NCBI GenBank assembly: GCA_904420445.1
Contig: CAJFVJ010000001.1
Coordinates: 193,266 to 257,265 of the forward strand
Direction of reading: 5' to 3'
Source: Candidatus Adamsella avium
GTDB taxonomy: Bacteria > Cyanobacteriota > Vampirovibrionia > Gastranaerophilales > CAJFVJ01
Length of the DNA: 64,000 nucleotides
Position numbers and translations under genes: made by a program. Position 1 is the stretch's first letter; each line of letters opens with the position of its first letter. Below, piece by piece: positions 19,873 to 29,316 of the stretch. The notes below the pieces were generated by a model that was not told the origin of the DNA, did not search any database, and worked only from the letters and a program-made list of their open reading frames with translations.

Positions 19873-20977
19873 AATTTTTGTAAAAACTCCTCAACAACCT
19901 CAAAAAGAATACCCTATTATCATAGACAAAAATTTGCTGCAAAAATCAGGAGAGCTGATAAAATCATCAACAAAGGCAAAAAAACTATTGATAGTTACAA
20001 ACCCAACCGTTGAAAAACTTTATCTGAAACAACTCACAGACTCTCTCAAAAATTTGTTCGAATATGACTGCCTCATCCTAGACGACGGCGAAGAATACAA
20101 AAACATTACTTCTCTTGAAAAAATATGGACAAAAGCAATCGATATCAAACTTGAAAGAAAAGATGCAATCGTTGCACTCGGAGGAGGAGTCATCGGGGAC
20201 ATAACAGGCTTCGCCGCTGCAAGCTATCTGAGAGGAGTTGACTTCATCCAAATTCCGACAACTCTGCTCGCTCAGGTTGACTCATCTGTAGGAGGAAAAG
20301 TCGCAATCAACCACCAAAACGGAAAAAACCTGATGGGGGCATTTTACCAGCCAAAGATAGTAATTGCAGATATAAATACCCTCAATACCCTGCCTGAAAG
20401 AGAAATCAAAACAGGTCTTGCAGAAATTATCAAATATGCCTTCATAGAAAAAACCTGCAACCATAACAAAAACTTTGACCTTATGAATTTTTTGCAAACA
20501 AATTCAGAAAACATCAAAAACCTTAACCATCAAACCATACAAAAACTGGTAGCTATCTGCTGCGAGCTCAAGGCATGCGTTGTCAACCAGGATGAAACAG
20601 AAAAAGGACTCAGAGCAATCCTCAATTTTGGTCATACTATCGCCCACTCAATTGAAAAATGTACAAACTATACAGCTTTCACCCACGGTGAAGCCGTAGC
20701 AATGGGATTGAAGGGAGCTTTTGAGATTTCTCTCAAAAAACATCTTATATCACAAGACTATTTTGATACTGCAACCAGTTTGTTGGATGAATACAACCTG
20801 ATATACAAACTCCCTCAAAATATTCCATCAAACGACCTCTACAACGCCATGTTTTCTGATAAAAAAGTAGAAAATAAACACATAAGATTTATCCTCGCCA
20901 CATCAAAAGCAGAAGTAAAAATATTCGATGATATCGATAAAAATACCATATTAGAAGTGTTAGAAAGTCTGAAATAA
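19865..20977 (+). CDS. aroB: 3-dehydroquinate synthase
   Basis: 370 aa; GGGVIGDITGFAAA, VDSSVGGKVAINH, metal ligands in LNFGHTIAH. Confidence 0.9.
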   Translation: MSKIFVKTPQQPQKEYPIIIDKNLLQKSGELIKSSTKAKKLLIVTNPTVEKLYLKQLTDSLKNLFEYDCLILDDGEEYKNITSLEKIWTKAIDIKLERKDAIVALGGGVIGDITGFAAASYLRGVDFIQIPTTLLAQVDSSVGGKVAINHQNGKNLMGAFYQPKIVIADINTLNTLPEREIKTGLAEIIKYAFIEKTCNHNKNFDLMNFLQTNSENIKNLNHQTIQKLVAICCELKACVVNQDETEKGLRAILNFGHTIAHSIEKCTNYTAFTHGEAVAMGLKGAFEISLKKHLISQDYFDTATSLLDEYNLIYKLPQNIPSNDLYNAMFSDKKVENKHIRFILATSKAEVKIFDDIDKNTILEVLESLK

Positions 20978-20998
20978 TTTCATAACGGAGAAACTGCC

Positions 20999-21394
20999 AT
21001 GAATAAAATCGTAGAATTTTTGAACGACACAAAAATTTTCTATCTCGCTACCATAGACGGAGATAAACCGCGTGTCCGCCCCTTCGGAGCTGTTATGGAA
21101 AAAGACGGAAAAATTTATTTCTGCACAAACAACCAAAAAGACGTCTACCGCCAAATGCAAAAAAATCCCAACATAGAAATCTCTGCAACCAAAGAAAACG
21201 GCGACTGGCTTAGACTCAGCGGGAAGGCTGTCTTCGACTCTTCAAAAGATACCAAACAGACAATGCTCGACGAATGCCCCGTCCTAAAAACCATGTACAG
21301 CGCAGATGACGGAAAGTTTGAAATTTTCTACATCACAAACGCCTCGGCAACCGTCTTCTCTTTATGCGGAAAAAAAGAAACTCTCGAAATCTAA
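20999..21394 (+). CDS. Pyridoxamine 5'-phosphate oxidase-like FMN-binding split-barrel protein
   Basis: 131 aa; FYLATIDGDKPRVRPFG and KIYFCTNNQKDVYRQ pattern typical of the PNPOx-like family. Confidence 0.7.
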   Translation: MNKIVEFLNDTKIFYLATIDGDKPRVRPFGAVMEKDGKIYFCTNNQKDVYRQMQKNPNIEISATKENGDWLRLSGKAVFDSSKDTKQTMLDECPVLKTMYSADDGKFEIFYITNASATVFSLCGKKETLEI

Positions 21395-21981
21395 GTTAAC
21401 ATCAACAGCTTTTTCAAAATATAATCAAACTGCCTTTTTGCACTCTCAATCGTAGTTGAGTTATCAATAACAAAATCGGCAGCTCTCACTTTATCAGCCT
21501 GCGGCATCTGCAAACTTATGAGATTGCCTGCAGCATTCTCATCAATCGAATTTCTCTCCATAAGACGCTTGAGCTGGACATCAGCCTCAGCATAAACAAC
21601 AAGTACATAATCAAATAACCCCTGCCAGCCAACTTCATAAAGCAAAGGAACAGACACAAAAACAACTCTTTCCCTGCGATGCGTCATCAAAAAATGAAAA
21701 ATCTCCTGTTTGACACAAGGGTGAAGGATACTCTCAAGAAGCTTTTTCTTCCCGCTGTCATAAAAGACTATCTTACCTAAATTGACTCTTGATATCTCAT
21801 CACCGTCAAAAGCCTCATCACCGAAAGCTGTCTTTATCTTCGAAATTACAGTTTCGTTCTCTTTAAGCAGATGATGCACAACTCTGTCTGTATCAAGAAT
21901 TGAAAAACCGTCATCCCTGATAAATCCCTCTATCAAACTCTTTCCGGTAGCTATAGAACCTGTAATCGCAACCTTTAACAT
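21391..21981 (-). CDS. coaE: Dephospho-CoA kinase
   Basis: 196 aa; P-loop ITGSIATGKS, DTDRVVH, PLLYE motifs. Confidence 0.9.
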   Translation of the reverse strand: MLKVAITGSIATGKSLIEGFIRDDGFSILDTDRVVHHLLKENETVISKIKTAFGDEAFDGDEISRVNLGKIVFYDSGKKKLLESILHPCVKQEIFHFLMTHRRERVVFVSVPLLYEVGWQGLFDYVLVVYAEADVQLKRLMERNSIDENAAGNLISLQMPQADKVRAADFVIDNSTTIESAKRQFDYILKKLLMLT

Positions 21982-21987
21982 AATACC

Positions 21988-22917
21988 CTACTCAAACTGC
22001 TCCCCTGCTAACGGAGCGGAGAATTTTATAAAATCTCTTACATCGCTGCAAAAATACGACCCGACATGCAAAACCTTCGGAAAGAAAAGCCCTTCCCTTG
22101 CAGCAATCGCAATATAATCGCTCTTAACCTTCACAACTGTGCCGGGTGGGAAATTATGCTTTTTTTTCTCAAAAGATGCCGCATAAATCTTTATAAAACA
22201 TCCTCTGAAAAAGCAATAAGCACCCCAGAAAGGATTGCATGCTCTTACAAACCTGTCTATTTCTTCTGCTGTTTTTTCCCAGTCAATCCTGTTTGCACCA
22301 TGTTCAAAATCAATCATCGGCGCCTTTTTGAAATCCCCTTCCTTCGGCTGGGGATATCTCTTCGGAGGATTTCCGCTTTCTATATCTTTCAACACTTTCA
22401 CAAGCATATCTGCTATCATAAAATTGGTTTTATTAAACAGCGTGCCCATAGTTTCAAATTTTTCAACAGCAAACTTCTGTTGGGCAACAATATCACCCGT
22501 ATCAAAAGACTCATCCATAAAATGCAGGGTTACCCCGCTGAATTTCTCTCCGTTGTTTATTATGTGAAAATAAGGATTACCCCCGCGATAATCAGGTAAC
22601 AAAGACGGATGACAGTTTATAAAACCCATCGGAACAATATCAAGCATCTCCTTTGGAATTTTTTTGGAAAAAGAGCATACAACAGCAATATCTGGATGAA
22701 GCTCTTTTATTGACTTCAACAACTGCTCATCCTTCAGCGTGTCATAAAACAAAATCGGAAGATTATACCCCTTTGCTTCCTCCAAAAACATCCCGTAGGC
22801 AGAATTATCTTTTGGCGCAGCAAGAATACCGACGACATTTATCCCTGCCTTTGTAAGTGCTCTCAGACAAATTGTCCCCATATCAGGCAAACCTATAAAT
22901 AAAACTCTTAAAGACAT
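21988..22917 (-). CDS. fmt: Formyltransferase, methionyl-tRNA formyltransferase-like
   Basis: Catalytic motif NCHPSLLPDYRGGNP plus an Fmt-type C-terminal domain. I place the start at the internal ATG (MSLRVLFIG, 22917), which directly follows the crcB stop, rather than at 22953, which would overlap crcB. Confidence 0.65.
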   Translation of the reverse strand: MSLRVLFIGLPDMGTICLRALTKAGINVVGILAAPKDNSAYGMFLEEAKGYNLPILFYDTLKDEQLLKSIKELHPDIAVVCSFSKKIPKEMLDIVPMGFINCHPSLLPDYRGGNPYFHIINNGEKFSGVTLHFMDESFDTGDIVAQQKFAVEKFETMGTLFNKTNFMIADMLVKVLKDIESGNPPKRYPQPKEGDFKKAPMIDFEHGANRIDWEKTAEEIDRFVRACNPFWGAYCFFRGCFIKIYAASFEKKKHNFPPGTVVKVKSDYIAIAAREGLFFPKVLHVGSYFCSDVRDFIKFSAPLAGEQFE

Positions 22918-22918
22918 A

Positions 22919-23302
22919 TCAGCTCCCGATATATTTTGCTGACAGTGCACCACAAATCACCGCAGCTAAGCTAATTATAACACTCAAAACAGAATAAACA
23001 CAGCCAACAGCAAAATGACCGTTTCTGAACAGCTCTACAACCTCAAAAGAATATGTGCTGAAAGTCGTAAAGCCTCCTGCCACTCCTACCGTCAAAAATA
23101 ACTTTAACTGCGGACTGATTAAGCTTGTTTTATAAAACACTAAAGCGCACACAAACCCGATGAAAAAACTCCCGGCAACATTCACACAAAAAGTAGCATA
23201 AGGAAATACCCCGCTCAAATTTCTCTCGCAAAATATCTTCACCAGATATCTGAAAACAGAGCCTAAACCGCCCCCAAGAAAAACAAGCAAAATATTCATC
23301 AT
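22919..23302 (-). CDS. crcB: Fluoride ion channel CrcB/FluC
   Basis: 127 aa, four TM helices, GGGLGSVFRYL and GGFTTFSTY signature. Confidence 0.85.
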   Translation of the reverse strand: MMNILLVFLGGGLGSVFRYLVKIFCERNLSGVFPYATFCVNVAGSFFIGFVCALVFYKTSLISPQLKLFLTVGVAGGFTTFSTYSFEVVELFRNGHFAVGCVYSVLSVIISLAAVICGALSAKYIGS

Positions 23303-23310
23303 AACTCTTC

Positions 23311-23931
23311 TTATACGTTATGCTCTATTTTTGCACGGCTCAAAACAAAAAGCTTTTTATCTTCTTTCGTCTTCTTCAGCTCGTAACAATCAAGACATCT
23401 CGCTTCATAAGTTTCATCCCCGCCAATCATAATCTGCGGTGAAGAAACATCGGCAGGCTCTCCGTTAATCAAACGCTGCGTACGAAGACCGTATTCAGAA
23501 CCGCATTTCATACAAATCGCAGTCAGTTTATCAACTTTGTTTGCATAACACAACAACTCAGGCATATGACCGAACGGCTCTTCTTTGAAGTCCAAATCTA
23601 ACCCCGCTCCGATAACTTTCTTACCCTGTTTTGTAAGTGTCCTGATTACTTCTACAATATGTCTGTCAAAAAACTGCAGTTCATCAATCGCCACAATATC
23701 AGCATCTCTTGTGTAAGCCAGTATCTCTTTTGCACTGTGAACTCTTATTGCGTCCCTTGCAATACCGTTGCGGGAACGAATGTAATCTCCTGACACCCTT
23801 TTGTCAATTTCAGGGAAAAAAACTTTGACATTCTTATTCGCAATAACCGCTCTTTTTATACGTCTCAAAAGCTCTTCGGTTTTTCCGCAGCTCATAGGTC
23901 CCGTGATAATCTCAAATCTGTAATCTTTCAT
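23311..23931 (-). CDS. tdk: Thymidine kinase
   Basis: 206 aa; P-loop GPMSCGKTEEL, DELQFF, C-terminal zinc cysteines (CMKCG, CLDC). Confidence 0.95.
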   Translation of the reverse strand: MKDYRFEIITGPMSCGKTEELLRRIKRAVIANKNVKVFFPEIDKRVSGDYIRSRNGIARDAIRVHSAKEILAYTRDADIVAIDELQFFDRHIVEVIRTLTKQGKKVIGAGLDLDFKEEPFGHMPELLCYANKVDKLTAICMKCGSEYGLRTQRLINGEPADVSSPQIMIGGDETYEARCLDCYELKKTKEDKKLFVLSRAKIEHNV

Positions 23932-24018
23932 TTCCGCTTCCCGATATCTGTATCCCCAAACACAATTTTCAAATTTATACTTTTTTCTTTATGCTAATAT
24001 AAATTATATCAGGAATAA

Positions 24019-25128
24019 ATGAGGAATAAAAAATTGTTAAGAACAGGTATCGTAGGGCTCCCAAACGTAGGAAAATCAACTCTTTTTAATGCAATAACAT
24101 CATCAAAAAACGCAGAATCAGCGAACTACCCCTTCTGCACAATAGAACCAAACGTCGGTGTTGTCACGGTACCTGATGAAAGGCTTACTACTCTGCAAAA
24201 GCTCGTAAAAACCGACACCGTCATCCCTACGGCAATTGAATTTGTTGACATCGCAGGTCTTGTCAAAGGAGCAAGCAAAGGAGAAGGTCTAGGCAACCAA
24301 TTCCTGCATAATATAAGAGAGGTGGACGCCATAATCCAGGTTGTACGCTGCTTTGATGATGAGAATACCATCCACGTCGCAGGAAAAATAAGCCCTCTTG
24401 ATGATATCGAAGTCATAAACACAGAACTAGCCCTCGCTGACCTCTCATCTTTGGAAAAAAGAAAAGCACGTATCGCAAAACAGGTTAAAGCAAAAGAAAA
24501 AGAAGCCGTCTTGGAACAGGAAGTTATAGAAAAACTCGAAGAACTCCTCTCAGCCGGCACCTTCTTTTCTATTGAAAACTTCACTGATGATGAAAAAGAA
24601 ATTATCAAAAATCTCCATCTCCTATGCGTAAAACCTGTGATTTATGCCGCTAATGTTTCAGAATTTGACCTCGCAAAAGGAAATGATTATGTAAAGCAGG
24701 TGCAGGACTATGCTTCAAAACATGGTGCCGCTGTTGTCATAATCAGCGCAAAAATTGAAGCCGAACTTGCAGACCTCGGAAAAGAAGAAGCAGCTGAATA
24801 CCTCAAAGAACTCGGGGTTGAAAGCTCAGGGATAGAACGTATGGTCAAAAGCGTCTATGAACTGCTCGGACTCAGAACTTTTATCACGGCAGGAGAAAAG
24901 GAAGTCAGGGCATGGACTATCAAAGCAGGCGCAAAAGCTCCTCAGGCAGCGGGAGTAATCCACTCCGATATGGAAAAAGGCTTTATCAGAGCAGAAGTAA
25001 CAGGATATGACGATTTTGTAAACTGCGGTTCTTATGCCGTTGCAAGAGAAAAAGGACTTACAAGGCTTGAAGGCAAAGAATACATTATGCAGGATGGCGA
25101 TATAGTTCATTTTAGATTTGCTGTTTAG
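24019..25128 (+). CDS. ychF: Ribosome-binding ATPase YchF
   Basis: 369 aa; GIVGLPNVGKSTLFNA, DIAGLVKGAS, C-terminal TGS/YchF domain ending DGDIVHFRFAV. Confidence 0.95.
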   Translation: MRNKKLLRTGIVGLPNVGKSTLFNAITSSKNAESANYPFCTIEPNVGVVTVPDERLTTLQKLVKTDTVIPTAIEFVDIAGLVKGASKGEGLGNQFLHNIREVDAIIQVVRCFDDENTIHVAGKISPLDDIEVINTELALADLSSLEKRKARIAKQVKAKEKEAVLEQEVIEKLEELLSAGTFFSIENFTDDEKEIIKNLHLLCVKPVIYAANVSEFDLAKGNDYVKQVQDYASKHGAAVVIISAKIEAELADLGKEEAAEYLKELGVESSGIERMVKSVYELLGLRTFITAGEKEVRAWTIKAGAKAPQAAGVIHSDMEKGFIRAEVTGYDDFVNCGSYAVAREKGLTRLEGKEYIMQDGDIVHFRFAV

Positions 25129-25187
25129 TTTTTATTTATGATACACTATTTTCAGGCTGTAAGAGGAATTAGGAGAAGAATTTTAAA

Positions 25188-26147
25188 ATGGTAAAAAAGT
25201 ATAATATAGGTGTTGATATCGGTGGTACAAACGTAAAAATCGCTCTTGTAGACCAAAAAGGAGCTATTGTTTATTCAAACAGCGTTCCGACAAGAGCTGA
25301 GATGGGTTATGAATATACCGTCAAAAATATCAAAGAAACTATTTATACAAGTATGAAAGAAAGTGATATTACCATAGACTCCATCGGTGGTATAGGCTTT
25401 GGTCTGCCGGGTCAAATCAACTCTGAAGCAGGCGTTGTAAGACTCCTTCCAAATATCCCTGGATGGGTAAACGTTCCTCTAGGCCAGATTATTGAAGATG
25501 AATTCAAAGTAAAATGCAAAATAGATAACGATGTAAGAGTTGCAACACTCGGTGAGTTTACCTACGGTGCAGGACAGGGCTGCAAAAACCTTGTCTGCAT
25601 TACTGTCGGCACAGGCGTCGGCTCAGGGATAATCGTTAACGGCCAGCTTGTCAGAGGCGCAAGCATGTCAGCAGGCGAAATAGGTCATATGATTTTGCAG
25701 GCTCATGAAGGACCTATCTGCGGCTGCGGAAATACAGGATGTCTTGAAGCATTTGCATCGGGACCGTCAATTGTCCAGCTTGCAAAAGAATATCTATCGG
25801 GAGGTAAATCCGCAAAATTCGAAGAACTTGCAAACGGAAGAGAAATAACACCGTTTATGGTCTATGAAGCTGCAATGCAGGGGGATGCCGTTTCCAAAAG
25901 AATTTTTGCCATAGTCGGTGAATGGCTTGGAATAGCCCTCACAAGCGTTGTAAATCTGCTTAACCCCGAAAAAATTATCATCGGCGGCGGCGTAAGCCAG
26001 GCAGGAAACTTCTTGATTGACCCGATAAGACAGACTATAAAAGAACGTGCTATCAAAGTATCAGCGGACGCAGTCGAAGTAGTTACCGCAAAACTCGGAG
26101 AAAGAGCAGGCGTTATCGGCGCCAGCTTGCTAATCGACAACAAATAG
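25188..26147 (+). CDS. ROK-family sugar kinase (glucokinase-like)
   Basis: 319 aa; GVDIGGTNVKIAL, zinc motif CGCGNTGCLE, GGGVSQAG. Confidence 0.8.
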   Translation: MVKKYNIGVDIGGTNVKIALVDQKGAIVYSNSVPTRAEMGYEYTVKNIKETIYTSMKESDITIDSIGGIGFGLPGQINSEAGVVRLLPNIPGWVNVPLGQIIEDEFKVKCKIDNDVRVATLGEFTYGAGQGCKNLVCITVGTGVGSGIIVNGQLVRGASMSAGEIGHMILQAHEGPICGCGNTGCLEAFASGPSIVQLAKEYLSGGKSAKFEELANGREITPFMVYEAAMQGDAVSKRIFAIVGEWLGIALTSVVNLLNPEKIIIGGGVSQAGNFLIDPIRQTIKERAIKVSADAVEVVTAKLGERAGVIGASLLIDNK

Positions 26148-26162
26148 AACGGAGGCATTCCC

Positions 26163-27161
26163 ATGCCGGTTTATTTATATTGGGGAGAAGAAGATTTCAA
26201 CATCGATAAAGCCGTCAGGAACCTGAGAGAAAATATTCTCGATGATTCTCTTGCAGGACTCAACCACAAAATCCTCAAACCGAATAAACTCGATATAAAA
26301 TCAATCCTCGAAGAGCTTCAGGCTGTGCCTATGATGTTCGGAAATTTTTTACTCGAGATTTATACTCCGGATTTATTTCTGCGGGGAACAAACAAACCCT
26401 CTTCATCAGACAAAATTATGCAATCCCTTTTTGATACACTGGAAAATCTCGTACCGAACTTTCATGCTCTTTTCGTCTGCAAAATTCCAAGAGGCGCAAA
26501 CAAAAAAATCGACTCATCCTCAAAACTCGTCAAACTCATCCAGTCAACAGGCGAAGTTAGAGAATTCCCCATGCTGAAAAGTTATCAAACAGATAAGCTC
26601 ATATCCTGGATAAACCAGACCTGCAAAGAAAAAGAAATCAAAATAAACAAAGACGCAGCAGAAGAACTGCTCTTCCTCAAAGGGGATGAACTGCGGCTTC
26701 TTGACAACGAACTTGATAAACTAAAGTTATTAGTTTATCCTAATACTTCAATAACAAAAAAAGATGTTCTCTCTTTCTCAGGAAATAACGAAAATGTTTT
26801 CTTCTTTGCCGATTGCATTTTGAAAAACGACAGAAAAAGCACTCTATCTGAACTGAGAAAGCTCACTCAAAAAGAACATCCTCTCAAAATTCTTGCCGTT
26901 TTGCAATCAGTAATCAAAAGATGGCTCCGCATAAAAATTGAATCCATGCAGAAAAAATCACCTCAGGAAATATCAAAAATAGTCAACCTCCATGAATTTG
27001 TCGTAAAACAGGACATGGAAAAACTCAAAAAAGTAAACCTCAACTACCTCGTAGCAATCAGAGAGGCACTCACTGATATTGAATACAACATCAAATCAGG
27101 CAAGCTATCTGATGAGATAGCTTTTGATATGATTCTTGCAACACAGGAGCAGTATGTTTAA
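26163..27161 (+). CDS. holA: DNA polymerase III subunit delta
   Basis: 332 aa; N-terminus VYLYWGEEDFNIDKA and the overall delta-subunit pattern. Confidence 0.75.
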   Translation: MPVYLYWGEEDFNIDKAVRNLRENILDDSLAGLNHKILKPNKLDIKSILEELQAVPMMFGNFLLEIYTPDLFLRGTNKPSSSDKIMQSLFDTLENLVPNFHALFVCKIPRGANKKIDSSSKLVKLIQSTGEVREFPMLKSYQTDKLISWINQTCKEKEIKINKDAAEELLFLKGDELRLLDNELDKLKLLVYPNTSITKKDVLSFSGNNENVFFFADCILKNDRKSTLSELRKLTQKEHPLKILAVLQSVIKRWLRIKIESMQKKSPQEISKIVNLHEFVVKQDMEKLKKVNLNYLVAIREALTDIEYNIKSGKLSDEIAFDMILATQEQYV

Positions 27162-28095
27162 GCAATATTTAAAAGAAGAATTCCCATTTGCAACAAATTT
27201 CTTTGAGTCCGCTCTAAAACACGGCAGCGATAAATTTTTCCACTCTTTTTTGCTGACAGGTTCAAACCCTGTCGCACAGTATGACCTGACTCTTGAGATT
27301 GCAAGATACCTGAACTGCCAGAACAAAGAAAACTTTGAGACCTGCGAATGCCTCAACTGCAAATGGATAAAAGAAAACAAACATCCTGCGGTAATCACAA
27401 TATCACCGATAGATTACCTTGAAGGTCACAGCGACGGTAAACCAAAGAGCGTAATAAGCGTTGACCAAATAAGACACCTCAAAAATGCTCTTTCTCTAAC
27501 TTCTCCATATCATCGGGTAATCATCTTTACCGGTGCGGAAGAAAAAAACGACGAAGTTAACACACCATTTGCCCCCCCGATAACAAAAGACAGCGACGAA
27601 AAACGCAACTGGCTACCGGCAGGTTTATCTCAAAAAATTTTCAAAGCTTCCCCATCAAATGCAATCCTCAAAAGCATAGAAGAACCGAATGACAAAGTTA
27701 CTTTTTTCTTTCTTACATCAAACAAAGAAGATATGCTCCCGACGATTATCTCAAGAAGCCAGTGCATAAATGTCATCTCAAACAAAATTCCGTCGTTGGA
27801 CATTTCCCCAGTTGAAAATCTTGCTCAAAAAATTCCTCCGAAAAATGAAGCCGAGGCAATAAATATCGCACAGGAGTTTATGGATTTATCAAAAAGCTAT
27901 ACTCTTGAGTCTCTTCTTGATATGCTGCTTGAATACTTCAAAAGATTGCTCGAGCAAAACTCAGAAAACAAAACAAGCTCCATGAGAATAATCGGCATAA
28001 TCAAAGAAATCAATAAAGCAAAGCTCGAAGCCCTCAGCTATGTTTCGCCTCATGGATTATTAGAATCATTATTCCTGTCGCTTATAAAGAAATAA
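27136..28095 (+). CDS. holB: DNA polymerase III subunit delta-prime
   Basis: 319 aa; FLLTGSNPV (degenerate P-loop typical of delta-prime), zinc module CQNKENFETCECLNCKWIKENKHPAV, SRSQ motif; 26-nt overlap with holA. Confidence 0.75.
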   Translation: MQHRSSMFKQYLKEEFPFATNFFESALKHGSDKFFHSFLLTGSNPVAQYDLTLEIARYLNCQNKENFETCECLNCKWIKENKHPAVITISPIDYLEGHSDGKPKSVISVDQIRHLKNALSLTSPYHRVIIFTGAEEKNDEVNTPFAPPITKDSDEKRNWLPAGLSQKIFKASPSNAILKSIEEPNDKVTFFFLTSNKEDMLPTIISRSQCINVISNKIPSLDISPVENLAQKIPPKNEAEAINIAQEFMDLSKSYTLESLLDMLLEYFKRLLEQNSENKTSSMRIIGIIKEINKAKLEALSYVSPHGLLESLFLSLIKK

Positions 28096-29253
28096 CTACT
28101 TTCTTCTTTTTTTCTTTTTGTCAGCTTTCGCCTGTTTCATCAAATCTCTTTTGACATTATCAAGAGAAACCTTAACAAGCTGCTCTCTTGTAATCGGATC
28201 ACAGAGAACAAGCCAGTATTTTCTTTTGGGATTATCAACAAAAAACGAAATCTTTCCTACCATCTTGTCATTAGGCTTTATGCGGTTAAACCACATCTCG
28301 GTATTCGTAAAAGGAGTCGGGTGATATTCATTCTTATAATCATTCACTAATGAAAAATCAAAGCTTGAAAAAGTTTTTTGAGTCGCATTCTCTATTACCA
28401 GCGAAAGTGTAATTATATTCGGGTCACCAAACGGATCTTCTTCTATTTTATAATTCGTAATCCTTATATCAAGACCGTCATATTTCAACTCTTTTTCTTT
28501 ATAAGCTTCTTCTTTCAACACAGGCAGCTTGAGAGCCCCGAGAATTTTCACGTTAATCTCATCCCCAGGCTGCAAAAGGACTTCTTTACCCTTGCGCCCA
28601 AGGGCATAACCAAGTCCGACAACAGCCCCAAGCCCTGCACCGCCTACAACAGTATATCCATGGCTTGCGACAGCAGCACCGACACCTAAAAGCTGAACAG
28701 AAGCTAGTCCGCCGATAACACCACCGCCAAGCATATAACCGGTATCTTTTAACACTGTCTTTCCGACAGAGGCAACAGGATTGGGTTTTGTTGTCATATG
28801 AGCTTCAACAGGAATTTCTCTGCCATCAGGAGTGATTATTGAGTCAAAATTCAACACGATATACCCGTCACGACCGAGTCTTTTTGAATTTTCAAGACGG
28901 GTAACCGTGCCATGAGCAATGCTGCCCATAGGGATAACAACACCGTTTTCGCCTTCAACATCTTCAACTATTTCAGCAAAAAATTCGTCACCCTCTTCAG
29001 TATATCCCGCACTCAAAACTGATGAAACGGTCATCTTAACCTTTGTTCCTTCATCAATGGTGCTGTGCTCGCCTGTGAATATATCCTGCTTGCGCTGAGG
29101 AACATCCTGATTTATCTCGGCATGCCCATGGAAGATATATCCTCCGTTGTCTTTAGCATCCTCTGCAAATGCTTCAGGAACAAGACACAGAAAATTAAAG
29201 AAAAACACAAAACCCAATATAAAAGCTAAAAATCTTTTTCCCATCTCCCGCAA
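28096..29253 (-). CDS. Secreted/envelope hypothetical protein with glycine-zipper segment and C-terminal Ig-like (DUF4352-like) region
   Basis: 385 aa; signal peptide (FLAFILGFVFFFNFLCLVPEAFA|ED), Gly/Ala-rich block GGGVIGGLASVQLLGVGAAVASHGYTVVGGAGLGAVVGLGYALG, lysine-rich tail KADKKKKRRK. The start may be ATG 29244 rather than TTG 29253. Confidence 0.7.
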   Translation of the reverse strand: MREMGKRFLAFILGFVFFFNFLCLVPEAFAEDAKDNGGYIFHGHAEINQDVPQRKQDIFTGEHSTIDEGTKVKMTVSSVLSAGYTEEGDEFFAEIVEDVEGENGVVIPMGSIAHGTVTRLENSKRLGRDGYIVLNFDSIITPDGREIPVEAHMTTKPNPVASVGKTVLKDTGYMLGGGVIGGLASVQLLGVGAAVASHGYTVVGGAGLGAVVGLGYALGRKGKEVLLQPGDEINVKILGALKLPVLKEEAYKEKELKYDGLDIRITNYKIEEDPFGDPNIITLSLVIENATQKTFSSFDFSLVNDYKNEYHPTPFTNTEMWFNRIKPNDKMVGKISFFVDNPKRKYWLVLCDPITREQLVKVSLDNVKRDLMKQAKADKKKKRRK

Positions 29254-29258
29254 ACCCG

Positions 29259-29288
29259 ATTAGGCTATTACTAATATAATAGCCTAAT
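29259..29288 (-). terminator. Intergenic 12-bp perfect hairpin (possible terminator or processing site)
   Basis: ATTAGGCTATTA-ctaata-TAATAGCCTAAT between the GGDEF/HD-GYP gene and the secreted-protein gene; no clear U-tract. Confidence 0.35.
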
Positions 29289-29316
29289 TAAGAAATAAAT
29301 TCATCATGTAAAATAT

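Noticed and set aside
23303-23310. Expected fluoride riboswitch upstream of crcB
   Set aside because: crcB starts 8 nt after the tdk stop and is followed directly by the fmt-like gene. There is no room for a crcB-motif RNA, so the gene is simply embedded in a tdk-crcB-fmt run.
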